A program made the position numbers and the translations under genes. A stretch of DNA of 63,271 nucleotides, the filler included, from Reticulomyxa filosa (Eukaryota > Protista > Foraminifera), in assembly GCA_000512085.1 (NCBI GenBank). It is 23 parts of 23 records of this genome, joined end to end, with 100 filler letters (N's around TTAATTAATTAA, not from the genome) between each part and the next. Parts side by side here need not be neighbours in the genome. Positions count along the whole stretch, not along the records: positions 52,326 to 55,923 come from ASPP01005088.1; positions 56,024 to 57,730 come from ASPP01023872.1; positions 57,831 to 59,130 come from ASPP01032722.1; positions 59,231 to 60,330 come from ASPP01045210.1; positions 60,431 to 61,523 come from ASPP01000005.1; positions 61,624 to 63,271 come from ASPP01026045.1; 17 more parts are not named here. One strand, 5' to 3'. A model generated the notes under the pieces. The model searched no databases, had not been told where the DNA came from, and saw only the letters and a program-made list of their open reading frames with translations. Shown piece by piece: positions 52,369-63,271 of the stretch (positions are counted from its first letter, which is position 1; every line of letters begins with the position of its first letter).

Positions 52369-53912
52369 GAAATGCTTTTATTTTTTAAAAGAACAGGACT
52401 ATCAATTGAATATGATGAAGCAAAAATACTTTTCAATTTCATCAACTACCTGTTTGTGATGATATTGCACAATTTTTTGATTATGCATATGTATATATAA
52501 ATGATACGATTTTGTTCTTTGGTGGGGGTAATTTGATTAATATTTCAAAAGCAGTACACAAGTTTTCTATACAAAAAAAAGAATGGAGTGCATTTAAACG
52601 CACTTTGCCTATTCAATTGCGAGGGTGTTTTGGGATATTGAACGAGGATAACACGCATATACATATCATCGGAGGGCATAATGGATATAGAGCAGTATCA
52701 ACAAACCTGAAAACAAATACGATTTTGTGGACGGACAAAAGGACTCAGCCGTTGGTAAAGCTTCCTTTTCAACATTTAGAATTATCTTTTCTTTTTGTAA
52801 TTAAACATAAAACATACAAACGAAATTTATTGCATGAAATAATCAACAGTTAGAAAATGAAATAAAATTTATTATTCAACATTGGCTCCGAATTTCAAAG
52901 ATAAAGTTAGGATGGATTAGTAATTTCAACAAAATTGTTATCAAATATGTTAAGCATTTTTTTGTCAATATAAATGAAAGTGCACATTTTATCTGTTATT
53001 ACATAATTCACTTTTCCAAAATAGATAAGCGGTTTTGAACTGTCAATGACTTTACAAGGACATGACGATACAGTAAAAAGTGTAAGATTTTCTGCAGATG
53101 GTCGCAAGATTGTTTCGGCGTCGAGTGATCACACCATTCGAATATGGGATGTTAAATCAGGAAAACAACTTCAAACTTTCACAGGACATACTGGTCGAGT
53201 CTCTGCTGCAAAATTTTCACCTGATGAACATAATATTGTTTCATGTTCATGTGATGGAACAATTCGATTATGGGATATTCATACAGGAAATGAAGTAATG
53301 AAATTAAAACATGATTCCAATAAAATATGGGACGTAAACTTTTCTCCAGATGGAAAATATATTGTGTCAGGTTTGCAAAATAGTACAATACGATTATGGG
53401 ATGTACATTCTGGAATAGAGATAAAACGATTGTTAGGGCATTCAAGAGATGTGTCGAGTGCACAATTTTCATCAGATGGTAATATGATTGTATCATCATC
53501 AAGTGACAAAACAATTAATTTGTGGAATGTAGAATCTGGTGAAAGATTAAAGCAATTCGAAGGACATTCTGAGCGTGTAATGCATGCAAAATTTTCTCCA
53601 GATGGTAAATTTATTATTTCCTGTTCATTGGATAATACAATTCGAATATGGGACATTGAAATAGGAAAACAATTGAAAATATTGGAAGGACATTTAAGCA
53701 GTGTAAATGATGTAACATATTTTCCAGATAGTAATACAATTGTATCGTGCTCACGCGATAGGACAATTCGATTGTGGGACGTAAATGCAGGAAAGGAAAT
53801 ACAAAAGTTAAAAGGACATTCTGGCTCTGTTAAATGTATAGATGTTTCTCAGAATGGTAATACAATTGTATCAGGGTACATCAAGGGTAAAATTCAAATT
53901 TGGAGATTATAA
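52369..53912 (+). CDS. Kelch - module - WD40 chimeric protein, 5'-truncated
   Basis: Kelch tail paralogous to 38843 up to 52754. Intron 52755-52849, module exon 52850-52948, intron 52949-53024, then seven WD40 repeats to 53912. All joins are phase 0. Confidence 0.85.
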
Positions 53913-54138
53913 ATTCACACAAACAAATAAAATATTTCATTTTAAAGATGAAAGAAGTGGACATGGAATTTGTTTTTTTTATTAGTGCCATTGTTGAAAA
54001 TAATTTTGAATTGAAAATTAAAAAGTACAAACTAACATTCATCATATGATCTCCAAAAGTAGAAAATTACGTCATTTATTTTACTCAAAAAGAATCAAGT
54101 CACTCAAAAATATTTCCTATTGTTGAAAAAAAATGATA

Positions 54139-55377
54139 CTATCCCCAAATACGAATTGAACCTTTTCGTAGACCATAACACAGATTAATATCACAACTAC
54201 GATTATTCTTGCCTCTTCTGTTATTTTTTAATTGTAATAATTTAAAGCATGTTATTGTACTATCTTCTTTGTCATCTCCTTTTATCACATATAATTCACT
54301 CTTATTTGATCGAATATCCCAAAATCGAATTGTACTATCAAATGATCCAGAACATATTACATTTGAATAACCACCAACTTCAATATTGTTTACTACAAAA
54401 GGTGAATATTCAACAGCACACACAGCAGATTTATGTCCGTAGAACACTTGAATTTGTTGACCAGATCGAATATCCCACAGACGAACACTTCGATCATCTG
54501 AACCAGATAATATCGTATTTACTAATTCATCTGATCCATATTTTACACTTCTAACCCAATTTTCATGTCCTTTGAATATATTTAATTGTTTGGTTGTTTC
54601 AATATCCAATATATAAATAGTTGTATCTTTTGATCCAAAACAAATTGTATATCCATTACCACCAATCACACCAATGTCATTACTTTTATCATTATCATTG
54701 TTTTGTAATGGTGACATAGCTACACACCAAATAGTCTTTTTGTAGTCATTAAAAGTATGTAATGATTTGGATGTTTCCAAATCCCATAACCGAATAGTAG
54801 CATCACTTGATCCGGAACATAAGTATCTGCCACAATTAAATGATGAAAATTCAATGCTACAGACACCATCAGTATGTCCGTTGAATAATTGCAATTGTTT
54901 ATTATATTTGATATCCCAAAACGAATGGTGTTGTCCCATGATGAAGAACAAATAACATTTTGACGATTATTATGATAATGGTATGGCGAAAATTTCACAC
55001 AATACACAGTCCCTGAATGTCCATTAAATACTCGAACTTGCTCACTAGTCTCTACATTCCATACACGAACTGTTTTGTCGAGTGATCCAGAACAAATGAG
55101 TTGATCACCGTCAAATGCTGAATAATCAATATTGTACACAACGCTAATATGTCCAGTAAATGCTTTGAGTAATTTAGATGACGAACGAAATGTATCAATC
55201 ATAAAGAAAGTATTTGCCTGTGTTGAGTAGAGATTACAATAATAGCAACAATAAAAACAAATGACACAACTTAACATAATTGACAACAAATTCGTTAAAA
55301 TCGTGGATCCATCCTAATTTAATATTTAATATTCGAATCCAATACTGGATAATTGTTTGGATCTCTTCTTCTTTTGA
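54139..55377 (-). CDS. Module-WD40 family protein (one frameshift: error or pseudogene)
   Basis: Module exon 55377-55276. The WD40 body is paralogous to 22788 (IGVIGGNGYTIC, IRIWG*). 1-nt shift at 54918-54921. Confidence 0.8.
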
Positions 55378-58300
55378 CTGTTTCGATCATAAAGCAAAAA
55401 CGATAACAAATAATAAAGAATAAATCTAAGGCAACTTAACAGCTTTTATTGATAAGCTTAAGTTCATTCTTTTCTTTTTTCTCTTGAATGATCTTGGATG
55501 CTCAAGATTAAAAAAAATACTTGTTTTTTTTTAGCCCAACGAAGGGTTACAGAATTAAAACATTGGTTCGACTACTTGATGAATCAATTAACGAAAAAAT
55601 CCAAGACCAAGACAAATGAAAAAGTGGTTTTACATAAACATATATAATTAAAAAGTAAGAGGAGGAAAAGACGATAACGCAATAAACGTCAGTCATGTAA
55701 TCTGACGTCAAGGTAGACAGCTCGGTGGACCCGTTCAGTAGTGACGAGGAGGGGTTATTTGCGTTCAAAAAACAAAATCCAACAATATGTCGGACCAACC
55801 AAGATATCAAATTTACGGACTTGGCAAACACTTAAGCACAAGACAACCTTTTGATGATAATAAAACATTTGAACATGATGGAATATTCTTTTACACTCCG
55901 GTTTTGTTTCGTTTAGCCGCAAANNNNNNNNNNNNNNNNNNNNNNNNNNNNNNNNNNNNNNNNNNNNTTAATTAATTAANNNNNNNNNNNNNNNNNNNNN
56001 NNNNNNNNNNNNNNNNNNNNNNNTTGGGCATGTTTGTTTTTTTTTCCTATTTTTGAGGTCTTTTTTTTTTTTTTTTTTTGTTTTTGTAAATTTTTCTTTC
56101 CACTCGGAGTTTTTTTCTTTGTAAAAGCATATAACCGAGAAAAATAAACAAATACATACCAAAAACAAAACAAAACATAAACAAAGCGACCCTTATTCTC
56201 TGAACAGGTCCCACAGCAAGCGCAGCAACAACAAGGTTCAAGTGCACCAAATCCGGTGATGGCAACGATTTGAGAACAAGACGAGTTAAGTGGGGTCAAA
56301 CTTCAATCCTTTTTTTTTACATGTTTGTATCTGCTGATTTTACTTTTATTCTGGTGCTGTTGATGTTCATAGTTACAAGCATTGGGACAACAAATGCAAT
56401 GAAATGCGCAACAAAAAACAGTTTCTTATATTTATTTTGTGTTAACAACATATACAAATTCAAACAAGTTGTTTTATGTTTTTATAACAAAAAAAACAAA
56501 AAAAAAACCATCATTTTGAAAAAGAATGAATTGTAGTTGCGATCGTATTACATTTCTCTGTGTCCCTTCAATTAACTTATGTTTACTTTGCACACCTTGT
56601 TGTCAAACCTTGCAGCCCCTGATTGACGTTTCCTTTTCCTTTTTTTAAAAAAAAGAAAAGGCTTGGTGTCGATAATAACCCTTTGTTGAAAATCTGTTTT
56701 AGTTTGACTTGAAGATTTGTGTCCAAATCATCAACCTTTTTTTTTTGTTCAAATAGAACATTGTGACTTACTTGAAAGTGAGCACTTTCAAATTTGATTT
56801 TCTGTATTTTTATTCAGCAATCAAATTCATTTTTTTACGTTTGCAAGACTAAAAGAGATGATTTATCTTTTAAAACACACCAAATTGAAACAAAAAATTT
56901 TACTAAAATCTCAACAGTGTCAATGTCAACAGCCCAATAAAAAGATAGTTTGACGTTCTACGATTGAAAAACAGAAGTAATATTGTAGACTTTGTTTTTT
57001 ATTGTGAAAATGGCGTATGATCGAATATCTGATTTATTTATAAATAATTTCATGGGTTTACACTGACTCTGTTCTTTCTTCTTCGGCAGCTGTAACATTT
57101 TTGTAGAGGAATACATTGATGAAGGAGCTCTCCATGTTTTTTATATTTGGCTTGTTAGATTGTTTAAAGAGAGAAGATCCAAAACTACTTTTGTGATGTC
57201 TAAGAGAACTTTTTTTAAAAAGGGAAAATTTTTTCTCTTCCAGAGAAAAGTCGTTACTCGGAAAAAGTAAGGATTCATCCCAAAAAAACAATTCTACTTT
57301 TCAATTACCTGTTTTTGGAATCACAATTATAGAATAAAAATGAAATAATATACAAAAATTTCAACAATTCTTTTTTTCAAGTTGTTTTGTCAAAATATTC
57401 AACAAAATTGCAAATTTAAATCTTTTTTTATAAACACGTATGAGTTATGCATTTAAGTCTTGCTTAAAAAAAAAAGGTCTTTTTTTTTTTCTTGTTGTCT
57501 CTTCTCGTACCAGTCCGTAATTAGGGTGATATTTGCCCTCTTTAACAACACTAGTACGTCTTTTTTTCTTTTTTTAAGTTAATTTTGCAACTTAAAAGAC
57601 TGTTTGTTTTTTTTGAACAGATCGCGCATTTTGATAAAAAAAAATAGTTTTTTTTTTATTTGGATGCTTTGCATCAGTCAGCGAAGAAAAAAATAATTGA
57701 ATATGGGGTAAGGCCCCCCGTCTCCTCAAGNNNNNNNNNNNNNNNNNNNNNNNNNNNNNNNNNNNNNNNNNNNNTTAATTAATTAANNNNNNNNNNNNNN
57801 NNNNNNNNNNNNNNNNNNNNNNNNNNNNNNAGAACGGAAATGTGACAAAAATTAAATTGATCAGAACTTCAATGTTATTGGAAGAAACTGAAATATGAGC
57901 CACAATACAAACAATCAAATACAATTACACCTATTTGATAAAATAATCCTGTAGTTTTTTCATTTGTTGTTTGTTTTTTACCAGTCTTTGTTTTTGTTTT
58001 GAGCAACACTTGTGACTCTTAGAGAACGACAAGGCTGGAACATTTCTACGATCAATCACCTGTAAAACTAGTGGCAAAATGTTACCCTTTTGAAACTAGA
58101 AGTAAGTTTGAGCTTCTTGTTTTTTTTTCTTTAGGGGACAGTCAGGTGTTCTTACAAAATGATTTTTATATACTATATTGTTTTAATAAAAAGTTGAAAT
58201 GAAATAAAATGAATTTAAACATGTGTATCTACGCAATGCAGTCGTTATTTTTTGTAAAAGTATATCATTTTTTTTTTTGGAACGTGCTGTGTCGGTTTTT

Positions 58301-58718
58301 CTCCTGGCTGAAATAAACTCCAAAGCTTATTTCGTAAAAACTTAACATCAAATCATGTTTGACGTATCCCTTGGATAAATAACAATAATATTTTTCTTTT
58401 TACTAACAACTGAAATGATTCTCATAACTTTCTTTATCTCTTGCAATATGAACAGTTTGTCATTCTTTATCAGTAAAAGAAATCAATGCATTGTAGCCTT
58501 GAACTTGTGATGATTTTATTATGAATATTTGGATGTCTGCAATATATTATTTTTGAAAATGCATGCAGCGATTCGTTGAATTGTACAAGTATATTTTTTT
58601 GTTTTCCGGCAGAATAAACAAGGGCAAGGTTTTCATTCCACAAATAAAGCTATAGAAAGCAAATAATTGCAATTGCAAATACTACTTTGGCGGCTTGGCT
58701 ATTGGAGTGACATTGATT

Positions 58719-59002
58719 ATGAGTGACAATGACGACGATCCGTTAGCTTTGGTGGTAGACAATGGAAGTGGGTCCATCAAAGCAGGATTCGGTGGGCATG
58801 ACATTGCGCGATCGGTATTTCCAACCATTGTTGGAAAGCCGAAATATCCAGGCACAATAAATCTATTCTATAAAAGATCATATATTGGCGATGAAGCACA
58901 AAGTAAGCGAGGCATTTTGAACATAAGATATCCCATTGAGAATGGTATTATAACAAATTGGGAGGAAATGGAAAAAATTTGGCATAACACATTTTTCAAG
59001 TT
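58719..59002 (+). CDS. Divergent actin or actin-related protein, first exon
   Basis: [51 protein letters not shown]. Confidence 0.9.
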
Positions 59003-59230
59003 GAGTTGATAAATTTATTGCATGAAAGAGAGAATTTGGGAAATAGGATAAAGTAAATCAAAAATTGGGTTGATTGATGATTTTTTTTTTTTTTTTTTTT
59101 AATGCAATGAAACACACTTACTTCAGTGAGNNNNNNNNNNNNNNNNNNNNNNNNNNNNNNNNNNNNNNNNNNNNTTAATTAATTAANNNNNNNNNNNNNN
59201 NNNNNNNNNNNNNNNNNNNNNNNNNNNNNN

Positions 59231-59809
59231 GAACAGTACTATCACCAGATCCAGCACATAAATATCTACCACTACTAAAAGATGAAAATTCAATACCAGA
59301 AGTCCATTGAGTGTGATTATTAAATAATTTCAATTGTCGATCATGTTTGAAATCCCAAAAACGAATAGTTTTGTCATATGCTGATGAACAAATAACATTA
59401 AGACAATTATTATAATAATGATATGGTGAAAATTTTACACAAAACACAGTAGACGAATGTCCATGGAATGATTCAATTTGGTTGCTGTTTTCAATATCCC
59501 ATACACGAACTGTATTATCACTTGATCCAGAACAAATGAATTGATTATTATCAAATGCTGAATAATCAATACTCCATACACATCTAGTGTGTCCAGTGAG
59601 AGTATTGAGTAATTTGGATGATGAACGAAATATTTCAAACATAAAATAGTTAGTTACCTGTATTAAATAAATATCTATTTATATAAATAAAAAAAAAATA
59701 CAAACGTAACATATTTGATAATAAGTTTATCAAAATCTTGGATCCATCCTAATTTAATTTTTAATGTTCGAATCCATTGTTGAATAATTTTTTGGATTTC
59801 TTCTTCTGA
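59231..59809 (-). CDS. Module-WD40 family protein, 3'-truncated
   Basis: Module exon 59809-59711, then MFEIFRSSSKLLNTLTGH WD40 repeats. Confidence 0.85.
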
Positions 59810-60070
59810 CTAGTTCAATCACAAATATAAATCATCTTACAAAAAAAAAGAAAGATTGAACAGAAACTTACCAATGATAGTTGCATTGACATTCTTTTTT
59901 TTTGTGACCTAAGATAAAAACTTTTTTTCTTTCAAAATCAATAAACTCCTTTTTAACTAAAATAAAAAAGTTATTCAAAATTGAGCAAAATACGTATCGT
60001 ACAAAGCTAGTTCAATATGAAATATACTTAATAAAAATTTGTTAAAATAAAAAATGTAAAACAAAATATG

Positions 60071-60170
60071 TTATCCCCAAATACGAATTAAACATAGATT
60101 AATGCAACAGTTACTATTATTGCCTTTATTGTTCTCTTTTAATTGTATAAATTTAAAACAATTTATTGTC
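60071..60170 (-). pseudogene. Remnant C-terminus of a module-WD40 paralog
   Basis: TINCFKFIQLKENN...CINLCLIRIWG* matches the family tail but lacks YG..KG. No upstream repeats remain. Confidence 0.65.
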
Positions 60171-60959
60171 TGGAGATTCAATTACCCAAAAAAGAATTAA
60201 CAAAATATAAAATAGCATTATAGAAATATCAAATTAGTGATTAAAGATCTTATTTAATACTTAATTGAAAAAGTCACTATTATTATTTTCATTGAAAATA
60301 TTCAAAAATACTTATAAAAAGTTCACATTANNNNNNNNNNNNNNNNNNNNNNNNNNNNNNNNNNNNNNNNNNNNTTAATTAATTAANNNNNNNNNNNNNN
60401 NNNNNNNNNNNNNNNNNNNNNNNNNNNNNNTTCTATTTTTAAGAACGCCGTGTTTTTTTCTAAAACTTGCAAAAAAAAAGTTTGAAATGTTTGTCAAAAA
60501 GCATTACTTTTGTTCGTAAAATACCAAAAATCAGACTTAATATTCGAAGACAAGTCAATAGTAGAATAATCCCAAAATTAGTGGAAAAGAAAGTTTCAAC
60601 GTTTCTTTGAAAAGTCATGATTATTAGTAGGACAACTTTAAAAAATGGCAGTATCAGCTTTTACAATATCCTAATTCTCATTAAAGTAGTTTTGCAATTT
60701 TTTATGAATATCAATTGTAATTATTATTCAAATATGTAATACCTTGCGTAAAATATTGAAAAGTATTAAAATAATTGCATGTACAACTTGATGAAACGTG
60801 TTTTTATGATACTATTTCTTTTCTTTTTTTTTGAGTGAAAAGATCTGCTTGTTATTTGGACTGAAGCTGTTTCTCCCAAAATTTTGCTCTGTTATTTGTC
60901 TGCACTTTTTTAATTTGTAATTAGTAAACTTTACCAACATATAAGAATATAATTGAATA

Positions 60960-61448
60960 ATGACTGATCAATACCGAGGTCGCTACAGTGAAAAGGGCAC
61001 CTTTTTGGGAAAAGGAGCGTATGGTGTAGTTTGCCAAGCAACAGCTTTAGCGGACGTGAATAAAAATATAAAGAAAGGACAAAACTTAGCGATAAAAACA
61101 ATTAATCGAATATTTCAAAACAGACACGAAGCGAAGCGTTTATTGCGCGAATTGAACATACTACAGTTGTTTCATGGCCACAATTGCATCGTACAACTCT
61201 TGGATATAATTCCTCCATTGCCAGACATGCAATCTTTTGTTCAATTGTTGAGTAATCCAAAGCGTCGATGTTTTTTTGTTGTTTTTTTCTTCACTAAATT
61301 GGTAGCAATTTACTAAAACGCATATATGTATATGTATGTATATATAATATTGTATGGCATATGCGAATAATAAATAAATAGATCATTGGTATTTGAATGC
61401 GCAGATACGGATTTGAAGCAAGTGATCAAATCGAACCAGAAATTCACG
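60960..61448 (+). CDS. MAP kinase, N-terminal exons
   Basis: LGKGAYGVVC, LAIKTI..IF, AKRLLREL, IVQLLDI, LVFECADTDLKQVIKS. Confidence 0.85.
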
Positions 61449-62318
61449 TTATCTTTTCCCCTTTTTTTTTTTGTTTCTGCCTGTTCTCTCTCTCTTCTCT
61501 CTCTGCCTTGGACACGTCCACAANNNNNNNNNNNNNNNNNNNNNNNNNNNNNNNNNNNNNNNNNNNNTTAATTAATTAANNNNNNNNNNNNNNNNNNNNN
61601 NNNNNNNNNNNNNNNNNNNNNNNAATTGAATCCTTGGAATAATTGCTATACTTCTTTTTGTGAAACTATTACAAACTTTTCAACGTGTAAGGAAGAGCAA
61701 TACATCATCGTCCTGTACTAGTTGGGTAGCTTCGAAAATTTACTGTTTCAGGTGTTCCATTGTCAAATCTGACAATGTTATCATACGTATTTTTTTTCCC
61801 ACCGTTCTTGTCGTTCTTCCAGTAATTAATTTTAGTTTGTTGTTGTAAAAAGGAGAACATTATTCTCCATCATTTATCTATTTTGTTTTGCTGAAAATAT
61901 TCTCGACAAGAGTGCCTGTCGTATTACATTTACAATTTCTACACCAGAACTTCATAATACGCTGTCTTGGATCAAGAAAAAATAACAATTTTATTATCAG
62001 TGGGCAACGCCCTACCAAAATGAGAAGGGACTTACAAAATCACAGTAACAAGTTCCATTCGTATTACATTTAAGCCGTCACCTTTCTTTCTACAAATAAT
62101 TCTAAAACAATTTTTGATAGTCTTTCCTGGTGCGGAAAGTATAATATTTAAACTATACTTATTTCCTTTTTCATCTTCCAATATTTCAAACGCTATCTAA
62201 TATGTAACTGACAATACTCAGAAGAAATTAGCTATTTAAAAGAAATTACACTGAACATTGGAAAAGAGATGTATTCTAGGCTCTAAAAAAAAAGAGAAAA
62301 CAAACTCTAAAAAAAAAT

Positions 62319-63271
62319 TTATTTTGAGTTAGTTTGGATATTAGTAATTTCATAAATGTTATGGAGAACTTCAAAACACTCTTTTTTTGGATTTATTTCA
62401 TAGAGTCCACAGACAATACAGCAAAATCTGTCACAAAACCGAGGGACACGGACTCTGAAGTACTTCGTTTTAAAAAGTGCATTTTGGAAGACACGATTGT
62501 ATTCATTAATATTTCCATCTTTCAAGAATTGTTCAAGATCAGCTGCACAAGTATGCAAGATTTGGTCAGCAAATGGACTAAAACAACAGAACCACTCAGA
62601 TCCAGAGTCATCCGTCAAACGAAATGATATGTCCGTGCGTTAGCCGCACAAAACCACCCACCACGGCCATCTGTAACGACTCCGTAAGGCCCATCAGGAG
62701 AACCAAAATACCAAGGAGGTTTTTCAGGATTGTGTGTGATTTCGGTTATTGTTGCTTTGATGACGAAATCGTTGTCCAATGAATACATATCCGGCCATTG
62801 CCTACGCCAAAAGGCCAATTGTGCCACGGTAGACCGCTGATTGATTCTAAAGCCAGATTGGATAGCCTTCCACGTGACATGGGGAATAAATGCAAAGTCA
62901 AAGCTGCACTCACGTCCCCATGCTTGCAACGAGGCAAATTCAGGGAGTGACTTTGGGTTGATTTGCATGATGTTGCTACTGGACAAAGACAATCCTTTCG
63001 GTTTTGTGCATATTGAAAAGCGCCCACCATGTGAAGTCACGCGACACCCTTTGAACGCGACAATGCAGTAACTCTCCTTCACTTTCTCGTCAAACTGTTG
63101 CGCAGTTTCTCCCCATAACGATATCTCCACTTTGCCACTTGGATCGACCAACAAGATCGTGCGGAATGTGGTTGAGAATATCGTACGCAATTCTGTCATT
63201 TCATCCACGTATCCTATCACATCCACAAAAGCACCTTTTGCTTTAGTCACTAACTTGCCAATTTCGGTAAA
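62319..63271 (-). CDS. RPA1: Replication protein A 70 kDa-like, OB domains B and C, divergent or broken
   Basis: VDVIGYV, LVDPSG.VEISLWGETA, VAFKGCRV, INP..PE...L..W, LTDDSGSEW..CF...A..IL, Y..VFQNA.FK...FRV. Frame break at ~62620. Confidence 0.75.

Noticed and set aside
55787-55923. Ubiquitin-like fragment (FDDNKTFEHDGI)
   Set aside because: It is too short and truncated to support a call.

Overview
This window is not one locus. It is 23 short contigs joined by 22 artificial 100-nt spacers (N44-TTAATTAATTAA-N44), so nothing can be inferred across spacers. Twenty-two contigs are AT-rich, intron-containing protist DNA in the standard code. The expanded Kelch/WD40 families suggest a foraminiferan, probably Reticulomyxa filosa (recognition, not a database result). 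One contig (51002-52225) is bacterial. Recognisable genes are eIF2-alpha, DPH2, RPL19, an FMN reductase, a 998-aa class II-like HDAC, GPD2, PP4R1, Aurora, a MAPK, a divergent actin, RPA1, a PT-mucin/TSP1 protein, a SAM-U-box protein, Kelch, WD40 and NACHT-type WD40 genes or pseudogenes, and a very large receptor with two TM-Cache-like-TM modules. The best leads are: (1) a 33-34 aa module on its own phase-0 exon, present five times, before WD40 propellers, after a Kelch propeller, and between the two; (2) introns with T-rich 5' halves, A/purine-rich 3' ends and many GTT...AAG boundaries; (3) eIF2-alpha with Gln at the Ser51 phosphosite; (4) the tandem Cache receptor; (5) the HDAC multidomain tail. 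Many 1-nt frameshifts fall in homopolymers and are probably sequencing errors. All gene models were spliced by eye.
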